NCBI GenBank assembly: GCA_037379345.1
Contig: CM074519.1
Span: forward strand, 12,874,742-12,938,741
DNA length: 64,000 nucleotides
Source of the DNA: Perna viridis
Taxonomy: Eukaryota
Direction of reading: 5' to 3'
Both the position numbers and the translations under genes were made by a program. The notes below the pieces were generated by a model that was given only the letters and a program-made list of their open reading frames with translations, did no database searches and had not been told where the DNA came from. Numbering within the stretch: position 1 is the stretch's first letter; the number at the start of each line of letters is the position of its first letter. Shown here piece after piece: positions 52,401 to 64,000 of the stretch.

Positions 52401-54978
52401 GTCTAACTAAAATTGCCAGTGAATATTATTATTCATTTGACTTAGCCATTGTGATGCAGACGAGCTGCTCAAAGAGTATGGCTGAGGTTAAACGACTTCA
52501 TCATAGCAAACCCAACACTTTTCTCTATATTTAGGACCACGGGAGGTTCCTCTCTCTAATTTAAAGAATACTATATTCTTACAGACAGATCGGTGAAGCT
52601 TGTTTCGCAACTAATTATACTACGAACAAGCCTTAATTTGCAAGAATACGGTGTTAGCGCCTCAACAATTTTTTTATCTGTGAACTGTGTTACTAACGGA
52701 AGAAAAATGCACATAAACTTGATCAGAGGAGTGAATGCGTAAATTCCGCTAGGTTTTCCTCCTCGACGGCGTTCTAGTTACTTTGATGTTTTAACATAAA
52801 TATATTCTACTGAAAGAGTCATTAAGTAGTGTTACCATTATTCAGTCACAAAAATCTGTCTATTTGATGTTTATTCTGTGTCTTGAAACTAACAGCACAG
52901 TTAAAGTGAGCACGTGCCTATGCTTTGAGTACAGAAAAGGTCACTATTTTGTCTTAAACCCTACAGGCCTCCGAATTTTGTATACCTCTATAGTTTATAA
53001 GTTATTTGCGACTGCTTAACGAATACTTTAATAGATATTTTTGCTTTTTATACTAGCGTGTCTCTGCTTGACCTACATAAGTATAAAGTACTGAATAAAA
53101 TGAAAACTACTCGGGACACAAGAATAAACTGCCTTTTAAAATAAAACTACGCGTAAAGAAAACAGCTGATGGAACATGTACTACAAAATGTAAAAACGAA
53201 TAAAAACCACAACGTAGACCATCAAATCAAAGTAAGCACAGGCTGGAAATGCCGTTTTAGTCATATTTAAATGCCATCAATTTCGTAGACACATTTTCTA
53301 TGGTACGACTAATTTGCATATTGACAATAGTGTCGGTACGTTTCATATACGTATCCAAATTATTATGTACAGTACTGTTTAAGGAATTATAAAATGCAAA
53401 AATGAAGCGAAGCTGAAATGAAAGTATGGCCAAACGTTTGATGCAAAAGTGGCCAAAATTAACAAGGATTGGACTAATGCAAGGTCCGTTATGGGTAAAT
53501 ATGGTGCAATCATTAATTTTGCACTAGAATTGACTTGAACAGACTTCCAGATAGATTAATATTCTTGGTTACATAAGATTGTCTAACTAAAATTGCCAGT
53601 GAATATTATTATTCATTTGACTTAGCCATTGTGATGCAGACGAGCTGCTCAAAGAGTATGGCTGAGGTTAAACGACTTCATCATAGGAAACCCAACACTT
53701 TTCTCTATATCTAGGACCACGGAAGGTTCCTCTCTCTAATTTAAAGAATACTATATTCTTACAGATAGATCGGTGAAGCTTGTTTCGCAACTAATTATAC
53801 TACGAACAAGCCTTAATTTGCAAGAATACGGTGTTAGCGCCTCAACAATTTTTTTATCTGTGAACTGTGTTACTAACGGAAGAAAAATGCACATAAACTT
53901 GATCAGAGGAGTGAATGCGTAAATTCCGCTAGGTTTTCCTCCTCGACGGCGTTCTAGTTACTTTGATGTTTTAACATAAATATATTCTACTGAAAGAGTC
54001 ATTAAGTTGTGTTACCATTATTCAGTCACAAAAATATGTCTATTTGATGTTTATTCTGTGTCTTGAAACTAACAGCACAGTTAAAGTAAGCACGTGCCTA
54101 TGCTTTGAGTACAGAAAAGGTCACTATTTTGTCTTAAACCCTACAGGCCTCCGAATTTTGTATACCTCTATAGTTTATAAGTTATTTGCGACTGCTTAAC
54201 GAATACTTTAATAGATATTTTTGCTTTTTATACTAGCGTGTCTCTGCTTGACCTACATAAGTATAAAGTACTGAATAAAATGAAAACTACTCGGGACACA
54301 AGAATAAACTGCCTTTTAAAATAAAACTACGCGTAAAGAAAACAGCTGATGGAACATGTACTACAAAATGTAAAAACGAATAAAAACCACAACGTAGACC
54401 ATCAAATCAAAGTAAGCACAGGCTGGAAATGCCGTTTTAGTCATATTTAAATGCCATCAATTTCGTAGACACATTTTCTATGGTACGACTAATTTGCATA
54501 TTGACAATAGTGTCGGTACGTTTCATATACGTATCCAAATTATTATGTACAGTACTGTTTAAGGAATTATAAAATGCAAAAATGAAGCGAAGCTGAAATG
54601 AAAGTATGGCCAAACGTTTGATGCAAAAGTGGCCAAAATTAACAAGGATTGGACTAATGCAAGGTCCGTTATGGGTAAATATGGTGCAATCATTAATTTT
54701 GCACTAGAATTGACTTGAACAGACTTCCAGATAGATTAATATTCTTGGTTACATAAGATTGTCTAACTAAAATTGCCAGTGAATATTATTATTCATTTGA
54801 CTTAGCCATTGTGATGCAGACGAGCTGCTCAAAGAGTATGGCTGAGGTTAATCGACTTCATCATAGCAAACCCAACACTTTTCTCTATATTTAGGACCAC
54901 GGGAGGTTCCTCTCTCTAATTTAAAGAATACTATATTCTTACAGACAGATCGGTGAAGCTTGTTTCGCAACTAATTAT

Positions 54979-55445
54979 GGTCTCAGTATCGTATTAATTT
55001 TCCCATAGACTTCTATAGTGAAGTGCATATTTTTAGGATTTTTTAAAAAATATGTAAATTGATTCAATAAAACTTTCACTTATGTAGCATTTCTAAGGAC
55101 ATGTGAAAAAATAATTTCCCGCAAAGAAAATAGGGTGAGTCCACGAAGATCGGACAGAAAAGTAGTCTCGAACTATAAATAGCCATTTTCCCTACTTTCA
55201 CTTTCGTTTTGCACTCACCAAACCAACCTTTTCAGTGGAACATTTTTATGATATTATGTTAGATTTTCTTTTAAAAAAGTTCTTCATCTTACGGTGTGAT
55301 GTTTGCTCTATTTTATAAGTCATTGTTCATATCTTTTGACAAAATATTAGTTTGTAGAGAGGCAAAAAGAAAATGCACTATATTTTTATAACATCCATGT
55401 TTTGACGTACACCTGCTCAGGGATATGCAATACGATACTGGTACC
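54979..55445. mobile_element. 467-bp MITE-like insertion in an array unit (copy 1)
   Basis: 17-bp TIRs GGTCTCAGTATCGTATT / AATACGATACTGGTACC (2 mismatches). Flanks AATTAT / TATTAT indicate a 5-6 bp target duplication relative to empty units. Confidence 0.9.
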
Positions 55446-56622
55446 TATTATACTACGAACAAGAGTTAATTTGCAAGAATACGGTGTTAGCGCCTCAACA
55501 TCTGTGAACTGTGTTACTAACGGAAGAAAAATGCACATAAAGTTGATCAGAGGAGTGAATGCGTAAATTCCGCTAGGTTTTCCTCCTCGACGGCGTTCTA
55601 GTTACTTTGATGTTTTAACATAAATATATTCTACTGAAAGAGTCATTAAGTAGTGTTACCATTATTCAGTCACAAAAATCTGTCTATTTGATGTTTATTC
55701 TGTGTCTTGAAACTAACAGCACAGTTAAAGTGAGCACGTGCCTATGCTTTGAGTACAGAAAAGGTCACTATTTTGTCTTAAACCCTACAGGCCTCCGAAT
55801 TTTGTATACCTCTATAGTTTATAAGTTATTTGCGACTGCTTAACGAATACTTTAATAGATATTTTTGCTTTTTATACTAGCGTGTCTCTGCTTGACCTAC
55901 ATAAGTATAAAGTACTGAATAAAATGAAAACTACTCGGGACACAAGAATAAACTGCCTTTTAAAATAAAACTACGCGTAAAGAAAACAGCTGATGGAACA
56001 TGTACTACAAAATGTAAAAACGAATAAAAACCACAACGTAGACCATCAAATCAAAGTAAGCACACGCTGGAAATGCCGTTTTAGTCATATTTAAATGCCA
56101 TCAATTTCGTAGACACATTTTCTATGGTACGACTAATTTGCATATTGACAATAGTGTCGGTACGTTTCATATACGTATCCAAATTATTATGTACAGTACT
56201 GTTTAAGGAATTATAAAATGCAAAAATGAAGCGAAGCTGAAATGAAAGTATGGCCAAACGTTTGATGCAAAAGTGGCCAAAATTAACAAGGATTGGACTA
56301 ATGCAAGGTCCGTTATGGGTAAATATGGTGCAATCATTAATTTTGCACTAGAATTGACTTGAACAGACTTCCAGATAGATTAATATTCTTGGTTACATAA
56401 GATTGTCTAACTAAAATTGCCAGTGAATATTATTATTCATTTGACTTAGCCATTGTGATGCAGACGAGCTGCTCAAAGAGTATGGCTGAGGTTAAACGAC
56501 TTCATCATAGCAAACCCAACACTTTTCTCTATATTTAGGACCACGGGAGGTTCCTTTCTCTAATTTAAAGAATACTATATTCTTACAGACAGATCGGTGA
56601 AGCTTGTTTCGCAACTAATTAT

Positions 56623-57089
56623 GGTCTCAGTATCGTATTAATTTTCCCATAGACTTCTATAGTGAAGTGCATATTTTTAGGATTTTTTAAAAAATATGTA
56701 AATTGATTCAATAAAACTTTCACTTATGTAGCATTTCTAAGGACATGTGAAAAAATAATTTCCCGCAAAGAAAATAGGGTGAGTCCACGAAGATCGGACA
56801 GAAAAGTAGTCTCGAACTATAAATAGCCATTTTCCCTACTTTCACTTTCGTTTTGCACTCACCAAACCAACCTTTTCAGTGGAACATTTTTATGATATTA
56901 TGTTAGATTTTCTTTTAAAAAAGTTCTTCATCTTACAGTGTGATGTTTGCTCTATTTTATAAGTCATTGTTCATATCTTTTGACAAAATATTAGTTTGTA
57001 GAGAGGCAAAAAGAAAATGCACTATATTTTTATAGCATCCATGTTTTGACGTACACCTGCTCAGGGATATGCAATACGATACTGGTACC
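56623..57089. mobile_element. 467-bp MITE-like insertion in the adjacent array unit (copy 2)
   Basis: Same site and orientation as copy 1. Two substitutions seen between the copies. Confidence 0.9.
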
Positions 57090-60000
57090 TATTATACTAC
57101 GAACAAGACTTAATTTGCAAGAATACGGTGTTAGCGCCTCAACATCTGTGAACTGTGTTACTAACGGAAGAAAAATGCACATAAAGTTGATCAGAGGAGT
57201 GAATGCGTAAATTCCGCTAGGTTTTCCTCCTCGACGGCGTTCTAGTTACTTTGATGTTTTAACATAAATATATTCTACTGAAAGAGTCATTAAGTAGTGT
57301 TACCATTATTCAGTCACCAAAATCTGTCTATTTGATGTTTATTCTGTGTCTTGAAACTAACAGCACAGTTAAAGTGAGCACGTGCCTATGCTTTGAGTAC
57401 AGAAAAGGTCACTATTTTGTCTTAAACCCTACAGGCCTCCGAATTTTGTATACCTCTATAGTTCATAAGTTATTTGCGACTGCTTAACGAATACTTTAAT
57501 AGATATTTTTGCTTTATATACTAGCGTGTCTCTGCTTGACCTACATAAGTATAAAGTACTGAATAAAATGAAAACTACTCGGGACACAAGAATAAACTGC
57601 CTTTTAAAATAAAACTACGCGTAAAGAAAACAGCTGATGGAACATGTACTACAAAATGTAAAAACGAATAAAAACCACAACGTAGACCATCAAATCAAAG
57701 TAAGCACACGCTGGAAATGCCGTTTTAGTCATATTTAAATGCCATCAATTTCGTAGACACATTTTCTATGGTACGACTAATTTGCATATTGACAATAGTG
57801 TCGGTACGTTTCATATACGTATCCAAATTATTATGTACAGTACTGTTTAAGGAATTATAAAATGCAAAAATGAAGCGAAGCTGAAATGAAAGTATGGCCA
57901 AACGTTTGATGCAAAAGTGGCCAAAATTAACAAGGATTGGACTAATGCAAGGTCCGTTATGGGTAAATATGGTGCAATCATTAATTTTGCACTAGAATTG
58001 ACTTGAACAGACTTCCAGATAGATTAATATTCTTGGTTACATAAGATTGTCTAACTAAAATTGCCAGTGAATATTATTATTCATTTGACTTAGCCATTGT
58101 GATGCAGACGAGCTGCTCAAAGAGTATGGCTGAGGTTAAACGACTTCATCATAGCAAACCCAACACTTTTCTCTATATCTAGGACCACGGGAGGTTCCTC
58201 TCTCTAATTTAAAGAATACTATATTCTTACAGACAGATCGGTGAAGCTTGTTTCGCAACTAATTATACTACGAACAAGCCTTAATTTGCAAGAATACGGT
58301 GTTAGCGCCTCAACAACTTTTTTATCTGTGAACTGTGTTACTAACGGAAGAAAAATGCACATAAACTTGATCAGAGGAGTGAATGCGTAAATTCCGCTAG
58401 GTTTTCCTCCTCGACGGCGTTCTAGTTACTTTGATGTTTTAACATAAATATATTCTACTGAAAGAGTCATTAAGTAGTGTTACCATTATTCAGTCACCAA
58501 AATCTGTCTATTTGATGTTTATTCTGTGTCTTGAAACTAACAGCACAGTTAAAGTGAGCACGTGCCTATGCTTTGAGTACAGAAAAGGTCACTATTTTGT
58601 CTTAAACCCTACAGGCCTCCGAATTTTGTATACCTCTATAGTTCATAAGTTATTTGCGACTGCTTAACGAATACTTTAATAGATATTTTTGCTTTTTATA
58701 CTAGCGTGTCTCTGCTTGACCTACATAAGTATAAAGTACTGAATAAAATGAAAACTACTCGGGACACAAGAATAAACTGCCTTTTAAAATAAAACTACGC
58801 GTAAAGAAAACAGCTGATGGAACATGGACTACAAAATGTAAAAACGAATAAAAACCACAACGTAGACCATCAAATCAAAGTAAGCACACGCTGGAAATGC
58901 CGTTTTAGTCATATTTAAATGCCATCAATTTCGTAGACACATTTTCTATGGTACGACTAATTTGCATATTGACAATAGTGTCGGTACGTTTCATATACGT
59001 ATCCAAATTATTATGTACAGTACTGTTTAAGGAATTATAAAATGCAAAAATGAAGCGAAGCTGAAATGAAAGTATGGCCAAACGTTTGATGCAAAAGTGG
59101 CCAAAATTAACAAGGATTGGACTAATGCAAGGTCCGTTATGGGTAAATATGGTGCAATCATTAATTTTGCACTAGAATTGACTTGAACAGACTTCCAGAT
59201 AGATTAATATTCTTGGTTACATAAGATTGTCTAACTAAAATTGTCAGTGAATATTATTATTCATTTGACTTAGCCATTGTGATGCAGACGAGCTGCTCAA
59301 AGAGTATGGCTGAGGTTAAACGACTTCATCATAGCAAACCCAACACTTTTCTCTATATCTAGGACCACGGGAGGTTCCTCTCTCTAATTTAAAGAATATG
59401 ATATTCTTACAGACAGATCGGTGAAGCTTGTTTCGCAACTAATTATACTACGAACAAGCCTTAATTTGCAAGAATACGGTGTTAGCGCCTCAACAATTTT
59501 TTTATCTGTGAACTGTGTTACTAACGGAAGAAAAATGCACATAAACTTGATCAGAGGAGTGAATGCGTAAATTCCGCTAGGTTTTCCTCCTCGACGGCGT
59601 TCTAGTTACTTTGATGTTTTAACATAAATATATTCTACTGAAAGAGTCATTAAGTAGTGTTACCATTATTCAGTCACAAAAATCTGTCTATTTGATGTTT
59701 ATTCTGTGTCTTGAAACTAACAGCACAGTTAAAGTGAGCACGTGCCTATGCTTTGAGTACAGAAAAGGTCACTATTTTGTCTTAAATCCTACAGGCCTCC
59801 GAATTTTGTATACCTCTATAGTTCATAAGTTATTTGCGACTGCTTAACGAATACTTTAATAGATATTTTTGCTTTTTATACTAGCGTGTCTCTGCTTGAC
59901 CTACATAAGTATAAAGTACTGAATAAAATGAAAACTACTCGGGACACAAGAATAAACTGCCTTTTAAAATAAAACTACGCGTAAAGAAAACAGCTGATGG

Positions 60001-63000
60001 AACATGTACTACAAAATGTAAAAACGAATAAAAACCACAACGTAGACCATCAAATCAAAGTAAGCACACGCTGGAAATGCCGTTTTAGTCATATTTAAAT
60101 GCCATCAATTTCGTAGACACATTTTCTATGGTACGACTAATTTGCATATTGACAATAGTGTCGGTACGTTTCATATACGTATCCAAATTATTATGTACAG
60201 TACTGTTTAAGGAATTATAAAATGCAAAAATGAAGCGAAGCTGAAATGAAAGTATGGCCAAACGTTTGATGCAAAAGTGGCCAAAATTAACAAGGATTGG
60301 ACTAATGCAAGGTCCGTTATGGGTAAATATGGTGCAATCATTAATTTTGCACTAGAATTGACTTGAACAGACTTCCAGATAGATTAATATTCTTGGTTAC
60401 ATAAGATTGTCTAACTAAAATTGCCAGTGAATATTATTATTCATTTGACTTAGCCATTGTGATGCAGACGAGCTGCTCAAAGAGTATGGCTGAGGTTAAA
60501 CGACTTCATCATAGCAAACCCAACACTTTTCTCTATATCTAGGACCACGGGAGGTTCCTCTCTCTAATTTAAAGAATACTATATTCTTACAGACAGATCG
60601 GTGAAGCTTGTTTCGCAACTAATTATACTACGAACAAGCCTTAATTTGCAAGAATACGGTGTTAGCGCCTCAACAATTTTTTTATCTGTGAACTGTGTTA
60701 CTAACGGAAGAAAAATGCACATAAACTTGATCAGAGGAGTGAATGCGTAAATTCCGCTAGGTTTTCCTCCTCGACGGCGTTCTAGTTACTTTGATGTTTT
60801 AACATAAATATATTCTACTGAAAGAGTCATTAAGTAGTGTTACCATTATTCAGTCACCAAAATCTGTCTATTTGATGTTTATTCTGTGTCTTGAAACTAA
60901 CAGCACAGTTAAAGTGAGCACGTGCCTATGCTTTGAGTACAGAAAAGGTCACTATTTTGTCTTAAATCCTACAGGCCTCCGAATTTTGTATACCTCTATA
61001 GTTCATAAGTTATTTGCGACTGCTTAACGAATACTTTAATAGATATTTTTGCTTTTTATACTAGCGTGTCTCTGCTTGACCTACATAAGTATAAAGTACT
61101 GAATAAAATGAAAACTACTCGGGACACAAGAATAAACTGCCTTTTAAAATAAAACTACGCGTAAAGAAAACAGCTGATGGAACATGTACTACAAAATGTA
61201 AAAACGAATAAAAACCACAACGTAGACCATCAAATCAAAGTAAGCACACACTGGAAATGCCGTTTTAGTCATATTTAAATGCCATCAATTTCGTAGACAC
61301 ATTTTCTATGGTACGACTAATTTGCATATTGACAATAGTGTCGGTACGTTTCATATACGTATCCAAATTATTATGTACAGTACTGTTTAAGGAATTATAA
61401 AATGCAAAAATGAAGCGAAGCTGAAATGAAAGTATGGCCAAACGTTTGATGCAAAAGTGGCCAAAATTAACAAGGATTGGACTAATGCAAGGTCCGTTAT
61501 GGGTAAATATGGTGCAATCATTAATTTTGCACTAGAATTGACTTGAACAGACTTCCAGATAGATTAATATTCTTGGTTACATAAGATTGTCTAACTAAAA
61601 TTGCCAGTGAATATTATTATTCATTTGACTTAGCCATTGTGATGCAGACGAGCTGCTCAAAGAGTATGGCTGAGGTTAAACGACTTCAGCATAGCAAACC
61701 CAACACTTTTCTCTATATCTAGGACCACGGGAGGTTCCTCTCTCTAATTTAAAGAATACTATATTCTTACAGACAGATCGGTGAAGCTTGTTTCGCAACT
61801 AATTATACTACGAACAAGCCTTAATTTGCAAGAATACGGTGTTAGCGCCTCAACAATTTTTTTATCTGTGAACTGTGTTACTAACGGAAGAAAAATGCAC
61901 ATAAACTTGATCAGAGGAGTGAATGCGTAAATTCCGCTAGGTTTTCCTCCTCGACGGCGTTCTAGTTACTTTGATGTTTTAACATAAATATATTCTACTG
62001 AAAGAGTCATTAAGTAGTGTTACCATTATTCAGTCACCAAAATCTGTCTATTTGATGTTTATTCTGTGTCTTGAAACTAACAGCACAGTTAAAGTGAGCA
62101 CGTGCCTATGCTTTGAGTACAGAAAAGGTCACTATTTTGTCTTAAATCCTACAGGCCTCCGAATTTTGTATACCTCTATAGTTCATAAGTTATTTGCGAC
62201 TGCTTAACGAATACTTTAATAGATATTTTTGCTTTTTATACTAGCGTGTCTCTGCTTGACCTACATAAGTATAAAGTACTGAATAAAATGAAAACTACTC
62301 GGGACACAAGAATAAACTGCCTTTTAAAATAAAACTACGCGTAAAGAAAACAGCTGATGGAACATGTACTACAAAATGTAAAAACGAATAAAAACCACAA
62401 CGTAGACCATCAAATCAAAGTAAGCACACACTGGAAATGCCGTTTTAGTCATATTTAAATGCCATCAATTTCGTAGACACATTTTCTATGGTACGACTAA
62501 TTTGCATATTGACAATAGTGTCGGTACGTTTCATATACGTATCCAAATTATTATGTACAGTACTGTTTAAGGAATTATAAAATGCAAAAATGAAGCGAAG
62601 CTGAAATGAAAGTATGGCCAAACGTTTGATGCAAAAGTGGCCAAAATTAACAAGGATTGGACTAATGCAAGGTCCGTTATGGGTAAATATGGTGCAATCA
62701 TTAATTTTGCACTAGAATTGACTTGAACAGACTTCCAGATAGATTAATATTCTTGGTTACATAAGATTGTCTAACTAAAATTGCCAGTGAATATTATTAT
62801 TCATTTGACTTAGCCATTGTGATGCAGACGAGCTGCTCAAAGAGTATGGCTGAGGTTAAACGACTTCAGCATAGCAAACCCAACACTTTTCTCTATATCT
62901 AGGACCACGGGAGGTTCCTCTCTCTAATTTAAAGAATACTATATTCTTACAGACAGATCGGTGAAGCTTGTTTCGCAACTAATTATACTACGAACAAGCC

Positions 63001-64000
63001 TTAATTTGCAAGAATACGGTGTTAGCGCCTCAACAATTTTTTTATCTGTGAACTGTGTTACTAACGGAAGAAAAATGCACATAAACTTGATCAGAGGAGT
63101 GAATGCGTAAATTCCGCTAGGTTTTCCTCCTCGACGGCGTTCTAGTTACTTTGATGTTTTAACATAAATATATTCTACTGAAAGAGTCATTAAGTAGTGT
63201 TACCATTATTCAGTCACCAAAATCTGTCTATTTGATGTTTATTCTGTGTCTTGAAACTAACAGCACAGTTAAAGTGAGCACGTGCCTATGCTTTGAGTAC
63301 AGAAAAGGTCACTATTTTGTCTTAAATCCTACAGGCCTCCGAATTTTGTATACCTCTATAGTTCATAAGTTATTTGCGACTGCTTAACGAATACTTTAAT
63401 AGATATTTTTGATTTTTATACTAGCGTGTCTCTGCTTGACCTACATAAGTATAAAGTACTGAATAAAATGAAAACTACTCGGGACACAAGAATAAACTGC
63501 CTTTTAAAATAAAACTACGCGTAAAGAAAACAGCTGATGGAACATGTACTACAAAATGTAAAAACGAATAAAAACCACAATGTAGACCATCAAATCAAAG
63601 TAAGCACACACTGGAAATGCCGTTTTAGTCATATTTAAATGCCATCAATTTCGTAGACACATTTTCTATGGTACGACTAATTTGCATATTGACAATAGTG
63701 TCGGTACGTTTCATATACGTATCCAAATTATTATGTACAGTACTGTTTAAGGAATTATAAAATGCAAAAATGAAGCGAAGCTGAAATGAAAGTATGGCCA
63801 AACGTTTGATGCAAAAGTGGCCAAAATTAACAAGGATTGGACTAATGCAAGGTCCGTTATGGGTAAATATGGTGCAATCATTAATTTTGCACTAGAATTG
63901 ACTTGAACAGACTTCCAGATAGATTAATATTCTTGGTTACATAAGATTGTCTAACTAAAATTGCCAGTGAATATTATTATTCATTTGACTTAGCCATTGT

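Larger units (their letters stand above)
18249..64000. repeat. Head-to-tail tandem array of ~38 units of 1180 bp, running off the window end
   Basis: AAAGAGTATGGCTGAGG recurs every 1180 bp (18249, 19429, 20609, ...). Only a few SNPs and 1-bp indels per unit. Two units are 1644 bp because of an insertion. No ORF of 60 aa or more in the supplied track. Confidence 0.99.

Noticed and set aside
18249-64000. CRISPR array or pure assembly artefact
   Set aside because: The context is eukaryotic with no repeat-spacer structure. Structured SNP patterns and unit-specific insertions indicate real copies, although the exact copy number needs long-read confirmation.

Overview
AT-rich, intron-containing animal genomic DNA; the repeat content is mollusc/bivalve-like (inference). 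1-14 kb holds the 5' part of a minus-strand SMG6/EST1A gene. Eight coding exons were reconstructed with GT-AG boundaries and matching phases, and the gene continues off the left edge. MITE-like elements and Penelope-like (PLE) remnants lie in and around it. 15.4-17.1 kb is a decayed PLE reverse transcriptase. 17.3-17.9 kb is an old, diverged, internally deleted copy of the array unit. 17.87-18.25 kb is a 5'-truncated Tx1/L1-like 3' end whose poly(A) runs directly into a very homogeneous tandem array of about 38 units of 1180 bp (18249 to the window end). The unit has no long ORF. Manual pairing shows that its + strand forms about 12 nested helices around one axis, with many G-U pairs and a hairpin across the unit junction. 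This is the fold expected of a ~1.18-kb rod-like, possibly circular RNA. A 53-nt octamer-containing block is nearly invariant between the old and new copies. Best hypothesis: a retrozyme/satellite-2-like or hairpin-RNA system of unusual size. No canonical ribozyme could be confirmed by eye. All folding was done manually, not computed.
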